This document shows positions 11,462 through 22,562 of a stretch of DNA of 64,000 nucleotides, piece by piece. The notes under the pieces are model-generated. The model searched no databases. It had not been told where the DNA came from and was given only the letters and a program-made list of their open reading frames with translations. Within the stretch, counting starts at the first letter, position 1, and each line of letters opens with the position of its first letter. The stretch comes from Mytilus edulis (Eukaryota), in assembly GCF_963676685.1 (NCBI RefSeq), contig NC_092351.1, forward strand, positions 63,426,001 to 63,490,000, read 5' to 3'. The position numbers were made by a program, and so were the translations under genes.

Positions 11462-14176
11462 GTATCTGAAGATATTTTTCATGAATTTGTTTATTTACAT
11501 GTCTTTCCACCAAATGAGCTTTCAGACCATAGTTTATTATGGACTGGTTTAAAAAACAACAGTAATTATATATACTCACAAATTAACAACAACATTAATA
11601 CTAAGGATTGTGATCTTCTTCCAGGTAAATACAATTTGGAATCAGGCTCAAGAGAAAAATTTGTAGAAGCCGTACAAGATTCAAAACTTTTAATTGATCA
11701 ATTTTTACTAGAAGTCAATAATCCTGAAATGGATATAAATAATTTATCTGAAAATCTGAGCAATATAATTTTAGACTCAGCAAATAAAACATTTAATTTT
11801 AGACCATTCAAGGGGAAAAGAAAGAAAAAGAAAGGAAAACAGAAATGGTTTAATGGAAATTGTAAATTTTTTAAAAGGGAACTTAACAATCTTGGAAGTA
11901 GATTACAACAACATCCTAATAATCATGATTTAAAAACATCATACCACCAGTTAAGAAGGGAGTACAAAAAATTACTAAAAGATACAAAAAAGAAATTTAT
12001 AACAGATATAATTCATAAATTAGATTCTCTTCATGAAGATAACCCTAAATTATTTTGGAAAACCATTAATAATCTGAAGAAAAATACAAATAGAGAAGAA
12101 AATCCTATACCTCTATCTGAAATGTCAAATTACTTAAAAAAGCTTTATGAAGAAAATAATACTGATTTAGATATCTCGAAGATAGAAATTGAAAATATTA
12201 ATAATAAACATTTAGATTATGCATTCATTTGTAAAGAAGTCAGAGATGGCATTAAAAAACTTAAGAAGAATAAACAACCAGGAATAGACCTTATATATAA
12301 TGAATTCCTTTTATATGGAAAAGACCTATTACTTTTACCTATTGTTAATTTATTTAACAGAATTTTATCAAGCGGAAAATTTCCAGATGCTTGGAATTTA
12401 TCTTGTACTTCCTTCTTACACAAAAATGGTGACATAAACATATGCGATAATTATAGATGTATTAGCCTTACCAGCTGTCTTGGCAAGCTTTTCACCTCAT
12501 TATTACAGAAAAGACTGCATAAATATATGGAAGAAAATAATCTTTATAATCCCTTTCAAGCAGGATTCAGACCAGATTATAGAACTGCAGATCATATTTT
12601 CACTATTAAAACTTTGATAAATAAATATTTACACAAATTAAAAAAGCCTATTTTTGCTTGTTTTGTAGATCTCTCTAAAGCTTTTGACTCTGTTTGGCAC
12701 TCAGGATTACTTAAAAAACTATTAAATCTTAAAATTGGAGGAAATTTCTATAAGATAATTAAACATATGTACTCTAATTCAAAGTTTGTGGTAAAAAAAG
12801 AAAACTTTATTTCAGAAGCTCATAGAGCCAATAGGGGTGTTAGACAAGGTGATGGTCTTAGCCCTCTGTTATTTAATATATACACTAATGATCTGCCAAA
12901 AATATTTGATTTTTCAAAAACATTTCCTGTGTCACTCATTACAACACAATTTAATTGTTTACAATATGCAGATGATTTAATTCTACTGTCAGAGAGTGAA
13001 AAGGGTTTACAAGCTTGTCTGGACAGCCTGGGAATATATTGTAACAGATGGAAGTTGAAAGTCAATATTACTAAAACTAAAGTTATGATTTTTAGTAAGG
13101 GCAAGAAAAAATCTGCCATCAAATTTAAAATTAATGGTCAAAATATAGAAACAGTCGATAAATATAAATATCTTGGAATGCTGATTTCATTTAATGGCAA
13201 TTTAAAGCATGCCGCAGAACATATGTATAATAAAGCTCTTAAAGCAGTATTTAGTCTTAAATCAAATATTCTAGATTATAATTACTCTGGTACCAAGCTT
13301 AAGCTAAAGTTATTTGATTCTCTAATTAGACCTATTACAACCTATGGATCAGAAGTTTGGATATCCGATTTTACTTTAAAAGATTTAAATAAAGATAATA
13401 TACCATTTGAAAAAATACATAATAAATTTTGTAAATATCTACTTGGAGTACATAAAAAGGCATCAAATTTAGCCTCCAGGTGTGAATTAGGAAGATTACC
13501 AATTATTAATTTTATTACTAAATTGGCTTTTAAATATTTCATAAGACTGCAACAACTTCCATCTGATAGATTTCTTGCTGAAGTGTATAAAGTAGATAGA
13601 GGACTTTTCAAAGAGGGGTCAAAATCATGGTATTCATTTATTGATTATAGTTGCAAAAAATTTAAATTGGATGTAAAGAATTTGGAAAATGAAAATCTAG
13701 AATTGAAAATACACGATCAAACCATCCAACTAATTAAAGAACAGCTTCAAAATTATTCTAATTACAATTCTGACTCAAAGCTTAAATATTTTTCATTTTG
13801 TTACACAAATTTTTCTCTTCAAAAATATCTTGACTTTAATATTCCAAAAGCACTATGTAAAAATTTGACTAAGTTAAGAATTAGTGCACATTCTCTTTTA
13901 ATAGAAAAAGGTCGTTATCATAGACCAAAAATTCCGCATAACTCAAGACTTTGTCAGACTTGTGATTTATTAGATGATGAAAAACACTTCATTTTATACT
14001 GTAAAAAGTTTTCAATTTTAAGACAAGATCTCTTCAAAAAATTAAATATCGACCCCTCGGATTTAAATAAAAGGGAAAAGGAATCTACTATTCTACATAA
14101 CATTATGTATCCTTTAAATAAAATTGATACAAAAGCTATCTGTACTTTTATTGAAAAAGCTTTTGAACTATATTAA
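11462..14176 (+). CDS. LINE ORF2: end of APE endonuclease, reverse transcriptase and C-terminal CCHC-like finger; uninterrupted
   Basis: The frame is open upstream of the listed 11636 start through ELSDHSLLW (end of APE). RT motifs PGIDLI, NYRCISL, QAGFR, VDLSKAFDSV, GVRQGDGLSPLLFN, QYADD and YKYLG. C-terminal RISAHSLLIEKGRY..CQTC..EKHFILYC. Confidence 0.9.
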   Translation, partial: VSEDIFHEFVYLHVFPPNELSDHSLLWTGLKNNSNYIYSQINNNINTKDCDLLPGKYNLESGSREKFVEAVQDSKLLIDQFLLEVNNPEMDINNLSENLSNIILDSANKTFNFRPFKGKRKKKKGKQKWFNGNCKFFKRELNNLGSRLQQHPNNHDLKTSYHQLRREYKKLLKDTKKKFITDIIHKLDSLHEDNPKLFWKTINNLKKNTNREENPIPLSEMSNYLKKLYEENNTDLDISKIEIENINNKHLDYAFICKEVRDGIKKLKKNKQPGIDLIYNEFLLYGKDLLLLPIVNLFNRILSSGKFPDAWNLSCTSFLHKNGDINICDNYRCISLTSCLGKLFTSLLQKRLHKYMEENNLYNPFQAGFRPDYRTADHIFTIKTLINKYLHKLKKPIFACFVDLSKAFDSVWHSGLLKKLLNLKIGGNFYKIIKHMYSNSKFVVKKENFISEAHRANRGVRQGDGLSPLLFNIYTNDLPKIFDFSKTFPVSLITTQFNCLQYADDLILLSESEKGLQACLDSLGIYCNRWKLKVNITKTKVMIFSKGKKKSAIKFKINGQNIETVDKYKYLGMLISFNGNLKHAAEHMYNKALKAVFSLKSNILDYNYSGTKLKLKLFDSLIRPITTYGSEVWISDFTLKDLNKDNIPFEKIHNKFCKYLLGVHKKASNLASRCELGRLPIINFITKLAFKYFIRLQQLPSDRFLAEVYKVDRGLFKEGSKSWYSFIDYSCKKFKLDVKNLENENLELKIHDQTIQLIKEQLQNYSNYNSDSKLKYFSFCYTNFSLQKYLDFNIPKALCKNLTKLRISAHSLLIEKGRYHRPKIPHNSRLCQTCDLLDDEKHFILYCKKFSILRQDLFKKLNIDPSDLNKREKESTILHNIMYPLNKIDTKAICTFIEKAFELY

Positions 14177-14341
14177 TGTTTTACAACTTATATTAGCTCT
14201 GTCCAGATATTATTTCTAATGTATATGCATTTATTTTGTATTAATTGTTTTAATATCTGTTCATTGTGTGGAAGACATCAATTGTGCACTGTACATATAT
14301 ATTGATTATCCAATAAACATATTTGATTTGATTTGATTTGA
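11462..14341 (+). mobile_element. 5'-truncated non-LTR retrotransposon (RTE-X/CR1-group-like; clade not certain) with (GATTT)n tail
   Basis: Long RT ORF and short 3'UTR with AATAAA, then ATTTGATTTGATTTGATTTGA at ~14321-14341. Possible 5-bp TSD ATGTA. Confidence 0.85.
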
Positions 14342-16753
14342 TGTAAATCTTGAATATCATATATTTGAAGCCGGTTCTGGATGACTACCAACTTACTAAA
14401 ATGATATAGTTATTTAAGCAAGATATTATATACAAAAAAAAAGATGTGATATGATTGTCATTGAGACAACACTCCACAAGAGACCAGACAGAAATTAACA
14501 GATATATGTCACTTTACTGCCTTCAACAATGAACAAAGCCTATACCTCATAGTCAGCTTTAAAACCATATAGGTGTTCCAGACCACATGAGTATTTGGAC
14601 CTGACCATACATGTATTTAAATCATTGATTGATTGATTGTTGGTTGCTTTACGCCGCATTTGGGTTAAATTGAAATAAAGAGTTATCAAAATCTTTATTT
14701 TTAGTTTTAAAAGTTGAAATTATTACCATAAGATGGATAAAGTGAACAGGCGAACAATTGAAATTAGACATTTGATTAATTGTAAATCTGAATGCTATGT
14801 TTGTTCTCTCGCCCAAGGTGACACTTGCTACCACAAGTAACGTAATATTTTTTTATATTAACACGTTGCAGTTCATGCATGATCCTAAGCATTTGCACTT
14901 TTTGTAAAGTTGCTAAATATTATAAAACAATTTCCCTCCCACATTATATTTACTTCCCATAACTTCAATTTCAGTGGCCATAATTCAAGTGATGAATTAC
15001 TGATCGACATGCTAAATATAAGAGATTAACAGATTTAACAAGCGTGACTTTTTTTTTTAATAGTTTGAATATTTATAAACTTCCTCTTTCAATTACAGTT
15101 CAACTTTTATATTAATTTGAGAGTAAAAGTATGTTGATCTGTTATATGCATTTGTATCCAATAAACTTGACTAACTTCTTAATACTAGTCAGACCGTTCG
15201 CGTACGGTCGACCATATGAGTATTTAAAAAAAGTATGCATACAGTCCAGACGGTACGCGTACAGTCCAATAACTCATACGGTCTGGTACATAGGCATTAT
15301 ATAGTTTTTCCACTTTTGTTTATATTCATTATGTTATTTAGTTTTTTATTTTAATTGCATTTGCTGATGTAAACTTTTTTATTCTACATGCACATGCTAT
15401 TTTCACTTTATATATAGCTTCCTAGAAGATCAGGCAGGGTAACTCTTGGCATTATGCCATATTACCTGGCTGGTAACTGTTTATGTGCTATTTCCATTAA
15501 AATTGTAGCACTTTACAGTTGCTGGGTAGGTTAAAATATCTCATCATTAAGAACATGGCAGCAATAAAGAAGAGGAGGCATAAAAAAATGAAACTGAAAT
15601 GATGAGTTCCTTGGGTCATTGCCTATTTCAATTGTTGATGTAAAAGAAGTCCATACTGACCATGTACTTGTAAGTTTTACTATCTGGAATATGCTGTTTT
15701 ACTTATATTATGAGCACTAACTTATTTAAGACTGTGTGAAGTCATATTATTGCTTATCGCCACTTCATTTTGTGTCTGATCATGTGTGGCAATCATACCA
15801 CATCTCATTTTTGTTGAGTCTCCGACTTTTGTCATAGAAGGGAGGCATCACGATTCTACATTGCATTGGCAGCGGCTTCCACAAATATTCACGCTGCGGT
15901 TAAAGTTTTGTAAAAAAGAAACTTGATTATCCCTATTTCACTTATAAATGGAGTTTTTATTCTAGTAAACATTACAAATACTCTGTGGTTAAAGTTTAAA
16001 ATTTTAATAACTTTCTTAAACTATCCTGGATTTGTAGGAAACTTGGACAGAAGGTTGTTTATGATCAAAAGCTAAAAAAAATCTTATGGAGGAATTTAAA
16101 TAGAGAAAAATAGTCAACAAATGACCGAACAACGCATTAATTTTATATCACTTGGAAACCACGGTAATTCATTGTAAGCACTGTTATAAATGTTTTCAAT
16201 CGTAGAAAGCATCATATATTCAAAATTAAAATTAAACTGAAGAAGATATGTGTGAGGAATGAAAATTATTTGTTCTTATTGCTGACAATAAAAAATTATG
16301 GACCGTTATTTAATATGACAAAACACTATAATCCATAGGTCACTCACGCTTTTTTCATTTTAAAAGTAAGTGTAACAGATGTTGAATTTAATATATTTGT
16401 ACATTATTTTTTTATATGTAACAGTTAACTGTTACAATTGAGATACTTGTAAGTTCATACCATTTTAATTTAAACCAAATTATAGGACCATGATAGTTTT
16501 TTTATATCCAAACTTAAAAAACATATTGCTTTGATCCCCCTTGCCAATATATCAAAGATATATTATGATTTAAAAGATGGTTAAATTCGTGCTTATAGCA
16601 TAAATTTGTAACAATATTATTTCATAAATTAATTGTAAATTCTTGCAATACAATCTTACCATGAGATTTTAAAATAATAAAATATACAATTAATGGGTGC
16701 AAAATTCATTCTATAACATTAAACAGATTTGGATTTCAAAATTTTGGCCGCGA

Positions 16754-16797
16754 GCATCACTGAAGAGACATGCATTGTCGAAATGCGCATCTGGTGC
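16754..16797 (+). ncRNA. Minimal type I hammerhead ribozyme, intact core
   Basis: Stem I GCAUCA/UGGUGC, core CUGAAGA, stem II GACA-UGCAU-UGUC, GAA, palindromic stem III AUGCGCAU. Predicted cleavage after AUC at 16791. Confidence 0.85.
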
Positions 16798-17332
16798 AAG
16801 AAAATTGATACCGTTAATTTTATTAAAGATATATTTATTTCTATATTTATTTCTATATTTTGTTTAGTATTTTTATGTTGCAAATATGTCAATGGTTGAT
16901 TTTGCGGTCACATTTTAACAAATAGAATTTCTGTAAATTTATTCTTGCATATCTGACACTGATTACTGGTATAAATGGGGTTGCAAAAAAGGGTTATATT
17001 ACTACTGAAATTTGGAGATTTTGTTATTGCATTGTTAGATTTGTAAGATCACAGACTGAAAACTCATAGGTTTGTAAAAGTAAAATCTATTCTTTGTCTA
17101 ACATTTGTCTAAGTTCATTACAAAATGTAGAGTAATTTTTCTTCCTTAATTTCTGTTGGAATATTATGCTTGCAATTTTTTTCAGATATATCAGTGTATA
17201 CATGGTATACACTTAAATGTATCTTGTTAAGTTTAAAGATTATAGGTTCTTTTAAAATGAAAAGTCACATGTTGACAAAATTGTATTTAATATCATTGTA
17301 GATACATGTAGATTGAAAGCTTTGCCGTTTTT

Positions 17333-17503
17333 ATTGATTGATTGATTGTTAGTTGCTTAACGTCCAGTGGCAAATATTTCATGCATATTCAGGACGAGAA
17401 CAAGTTCACAATAAATACAATAGGTAGGTTGTTGTAATAGAGGCCATCTAGAAGGATGGTCGGGGAAATTTGGACTGCCACTGGAAAATGAGGGTATATT
17501 GGA
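17333..17503 (-). mobile_element. 5'-truncated copy of the 427-bp SINE (3' ~170 bp)
   Basis: Matches 5567-5737, including the (TTGA)n tail. Confidence 0.85.
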
Positions 17504-19339
17504 TAGTAAATCAATATAAGGTCCCATAAATAAAAACGGACACATCTTATATATCTTGAGTACTTTTATTCACTCACACAAAGTGTAAATATTCCTATAA
17601 ATTTTAAAAACACCGGCTTTTATAATTAAAAAACGTATTATATCATCTCTCATTAAGCGCGGAAACAACCCTCGCTTTCCCCGGTACCGATTCAAAATCG
17701 TTATCTTTGTTGCGCTTTAAAATATTGCCGACAATAGAATTTTCGTTTAATTTTCAATATTTTGACCTAGCACAACCTTTTAATCTCAAACAAATGCCAC
17801 CAACTGAAGAAAATTATTTTAAGAATATAAATACGATCATGAATCTTGCTGGGGGTTTCTCCAATTTTATTTCTGAGAGTCATACGAGGTAAGCAAAGTT
17901 GACAAAATCACGGAATTTGACCTTCAAAGACGTAAAATCATTCTAAATAAACATTTTTAACAAACTGTTCTAACCCCCAGCACTTTTAAGTGACACTGGT
18001 AGTTGCTTAACCTATTGTTAAAATTTGGATGAGAATGGTGAAGGGTAAAAGGTTGTGCTCGAGCCAAATACAGACGACAGTTTTAACATATGAAAATGGC
18101 ATGTCACGTGACAGTGTTAGGGTCACGGGGTCATATTTTTATGTTCAGTGATGAGAAATCAGACGGCCTTTTGTTATTGTCCATGTACGACTATGACATA
18201 TTTGACATTAAGCCAATTCTGACAATTCCGTTTTCACCCCCCTTTTTTCGTCAAATTTACAAAATTGCGTCCTTAATGTAGCTGCGTATTATATGTTCTG
18301 ATTCACTTTCATAATTACACACTATACAGAATACTAAAAATTAAAAACCCAACAATTCTCAAAATTGTATATATATAATGAGGAATTTAAAAATTCTACT
18401 TCAGGAAATAATATTTCTATAGTCGTGATCTTGAGTGCTCTGGGTGACACTTTATCTAACTGTGATATACCATTTACCGATTTTAAATCTAAAATTAGAG
18501 AAAATATTTTGAAAAATGAATGGAGTAAGAGAGATGGTAACAAATTACATAAAATTAAACCTATTTTAGGTAAACCTTAATAATACTGAATATTTACTTG
18601 AAGGATAATGAAAAAATGCATTTTAGTTATAATTAACATTGATATTAAAGAATGAGTGATAAAATACTGCAGTTGAGGAACTGCAACAGTTCCACCATCT
18701 AGCGATCCGCCCACATTTCATCCGTTGGGCCAATAGTGTCCAGTGAGAATAGGTTGTAATTGTACGTATTGATCAATTTATATGCAACGACATTAATTCG
18801 TGTCTAGTGGTCAATTTATATGCAACATAATGTCGTGTATATTTACGACGCTAGGTATATACTATTGAAACTATATCACTTGACATCGTTATCGTTAACA
18901 TTTAGGGCAGGAATACTTTGATTATCTTTAGATGCACCTTGTGGAATGGTGTATATGTACTAGCAACGACTATTTCTTTTGCCTGTATGTTTCAAAAAGT
19001 TAGTCGTTGCTAGTAAGATAGCAATTTTATTGCCTTTCTTCTGCGATTTATCATTAGAATCTCGCAAGGCACAGAATCACGATATAGCCATTGAAGCTAT
19101 ACATATATATAACTTCACTCTAGAATGGAAGATTTAAAATGATATGTACATCAAAAGTCACTCTAGTCTCTTCCGTAATGTATGGATGGTGTAGAGTGGA
19201 GGTTCCCACTCATACCATTAAGTGTCTTGTATTATACAGTAGGAATGGTGTAGAGTGGAGGTTCCCACTCATACCAATGTACAGTAAAATATAGTTGCCT
19301 GTTATCTAATTTCAGTCCAGCAGTCGTTACATATTTGAA

Positions 19340-19670
19340 TTTTTTATTTTTTTAAGCTAAACTTTGGATAATAGCCTATCAGGATGAATTCCGTCTCTGT
19401 AAAGATCTAAATTATAATAAAATCTTGGATTTGAGCCTGAATTACGACAAGTTAGCCCGCTGGGGTTATGCAGAATAACTAAGTTGGAGTTTGGAGAGAC
19501 AGAATTAAGTGATGTATTAAGATCCTTTATTTCGAAATTTAGTCTATCAATTTGATGGCGGAGATCAATGTCCTGATCGTTGAAGGTTGCAGGATCTTTG
19601 TGTTTTTTATGTTGGTTCCAGAGCGAACTGCTATATATAGGAATGCTCAAGAAGGTGACTCTAGATGGTA
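19340..19670 (-). pseudogene. C-terminal fragment of an SGNH-like hydrolase (retroelement ORF1-type)
   Basis: VTFLSIPIYS..LNFEIKDLN..LYRDGIHP (DGxHP, SGNH block V). Confidence 0.5.
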
Positions 19671-21689
19671 GATATTTTTCATTTTTATGTTGACAATACG
19701 TTGGTCCATTGTATCAACCAAATCACAATGGATGCTGCATGAGGAGCTGGATATGATAAATACTCCGGAGCACATGATCCTTGTTTGTTTCATGAATTTT
19801 GCCTCTTTAATTTCATTTATTGAGTGACACTAAGATATTTCTTTGACAATGTTTAATGGATTGACCAGTCCTTTGGTCTCTTGTAAAGAGTTGTCTCATT
19901 AGCAATCATACCACATCTTCTTTTTTCTTATTAATTTCATTTATTTCGCAACAGAATAAATGACGTATGGCTTATGGGTAAGTCGCTCATACAAATATTT
20001 TTTTATGAGATGTAATTTAAGTTGTATTGGTTCCAGATCCAGAATGAAAATTCAATAATTCAGAAGATTAAACTTTATTTATTTTAAATTTGATATCATT
20101 GGTCATTGGTCGTCACCACGAGTATGGCCCTCCTCAATTTGAATTTCAACAGTGTCATTATTATTTATGTTATTCTTTTTTTCCCTTTTCTGTTTCCTGT
20201 CACCTTCTCTGCCAAGGCTAAAGCGCAGCCAATCTTTAGCTGCATCATCTATCTCCTTATCTGAAGACTCTTTACAGCTACGTTTTGTTTTCTAACCGAC
20301 TCAGAAATAAAGTTATCAGTAAACTTGAATTGTGTATTTGCCTAATGAATGCGTGCGTAATCTCCCTACTAGATATGTAATATAAATTAATATTTATTCT
20401 AAATATTTTAAACACTATTTAATACAAAATGAAATCTTAAATAACCAATCTTTTTTTTTCTTTTTTTAATATTGGTAATTTGTCGAATTGTCAGAAATTC
20501 ATTAGTATTAGAAGGATTTGTGGGTATAATTTGCCATAAAGAACCCATAAAGTGTAATACTTGCTTATAGGACATCTTTAACCAGACTTAACTAATCAAT
20601 CAGATCGGTAATCGAACACTAATCGATCATATTTGATCAGTACTCGATTGATGACTTGAAGTCATCGATCAGTAATCGATCAAACTCTCTCAAGAGTTTG
20701 ATCGATTAGTGATTGATTAGATTACTGATCGATTTAAGACCGATTACTGATGGATTAGTGATTGATTAATGACAGATTAGTGATTTTATTATTATTGACA
20801 AAACAATGCTATTCCAGAAATAATCCTTATGAAAGACATCATTTGTGAAAATATTTTCACCATTGCCACAATTTTCTGGAATTCCTGGATTTACTCAGTA
20901 ATACATGTTTATGCAATATGCAGTCGTAACCAAGAGAAGCGTTACTTAAAAGCTTAGCCCTAACAAATTCCTGACTATAAACTACATTTTTGTAGGTTTA
21001 CCCATGTATATTAGTCCTAAAAACTATGATAGGACGTCTTGAAAGGCAATTGTATTTTTTTCTTTTACGCCTTTCATTGACGGAAGGGGTCAAAGCAAAA
21101 TTTAAAATAGCCTTCCAAGATGTCATAATTATTTGGACTACTGTTTATATAATTAGATATGACCTACAACATTATTTCCATGTGAATTTGGATCCAACAT
21201 TTACCCAACCCTTCCCGTATCATATTTTTATATGTATATCTGTCATAAAATGTTTTTTTTTTTATGAAAATAAGATTAACCCTAAAGTATACATGTATAT
21301 AACTGATGAAAGATACATTGCTATTTTTTCTAAAGACATCAGAATTTCTTTTCAGGACACATTTGTAGTAATGTAATGTTTCATTATTATATATTGTTAA
21401 TGTTAATTAGGTGAAAATGTCACAATAATAGGATCAAAAGCACAAACAGCAAATAAATAGCTGGTAAGATTGTATGGGAAAATTGATTTAGAGATAATTG
21501 ATTTGACCACACTATTGGAAACATTAACAAACATCAAAAGATTCTGACATCTAATTAGTTTCAGACACTTGTGATATAAACAGGCAAGTTGAAAACTTCA
21601 CCTCCATCTAAATTTCAAGATTTTATCATGAAATATGTAATAGAGCTTGAAAAAGTGACCATGGTGACCAGCTCATCCCTACCACTCAA

Positions 21690-22220
21690 TTCATTCAACA
21701 ACACTACCTGCTAAAATTTACTAAGGAATGCAATAATCATTCCATAAAATTTCTAGACCTTGAAATCCTCAAAGACGAACACATGAAAATACTGGTAAAA
21801 TATGAAATGCTAAAAAAAATATACAGAAAAATTTCAACATCTTCATAAAAACCCAAAACCAACCCATTTGGAACTTTAAACCCTATATCAAAGGCAAAGG
21901 TATTCATTTACATAGAAACACAAACCAGAAAGAAAACTCTTTATTGAAAAACCATTTTATTAACTGAAATTGGTAAAACAAATTTTATTAAATTCCATGA
22001 CAGAAAAGATATTAAAATTAAGAAAAAGGAAAAAGTTTAAAATAGATGTTATGCATCATTTACATATTATCATCCTCAAGCAGAAGAACTTCAAAAAGTA
22101 TTCAGGAAATTCTGGCATCTTATTAAAACAGATTCTTCAATAAGTGCTACATTGTGTATCATATCCCATTAAAACCTATCCATAGGATTCAAAAGAAATA
22201 GAACATTGGTGAATTAATGA
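21690..22220 (+). pseudogene. Decayed Penelope-like element RT/thumb fragment inside the foldback element
   Basis: LKFTKECNNHSIKFLDLEILKD, then ..ELQKVFRKFWHLIK..P.IGFKRNRNIGEL, which are Penelope RT C-terminal motifs. Many indels. Confidence 0.55.
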
Positions 22221-22409
22221 AATGACATATAAAATAGTTTGTATGAAGGTCACAATTCCTTAAAAATATTTCACTGTGCAGAACTAATTAATGACCATCA
22301 TCATGTAAACCTCACATATAAACTGAAATTCTGATAAGACAAAGTTCTACCAGGAAACACTTAATTCAACATTTATTGAAATAGGATGAAATAGTTAGAA
22401 AATCAAAAA

Positions 22410-22562
22410 CAGAGTTCGTGAAAAGTGGTGGTCCTCTGGATTTTACCACCAAAATTTTGCATAGGACTGACACAATTTTAGTATTTTTCAATAGAATTAA
22501 TAATGAGGACCAGCAGATTTTCTCCAAGGACTACCTGGGGAAAAAAGATTTCGTGAACTCTG
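22410..22562. mobile_element. ~150-bp hAT-like MITE
   Basis: 14-bp TIR CAGAGTTCGTGAAA / TTTCGTGAACTCTG (2 mismatches). Imperfect 8-bp flanks ATCAAAAA / CACAAAAA. Confidence 0.45.

Noticed and set aside
18330-18580. Possible I/Nimb-clade LINE fragment (DFKSKIRENILKNEW..GNKLHKIKPILG)
   Set aside because: Too short and degenerate to call with confidence.
19186-19277. 31-bp direct repeat ATGGTGTAGAGTGGAGGTTCCCACTCATACCA with a 28-bp spacer, superficially CRISPR-like
   Set aside because: Only two units, eukaryotic context and no cas genes. It is a simple local duplication.
22329-22370. CTGATAAG...GGAAACAC downstream of the Penelope fragment as a hammerhead
   Set aside because: No convincing stem II or stem I. 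At most a very old relic.
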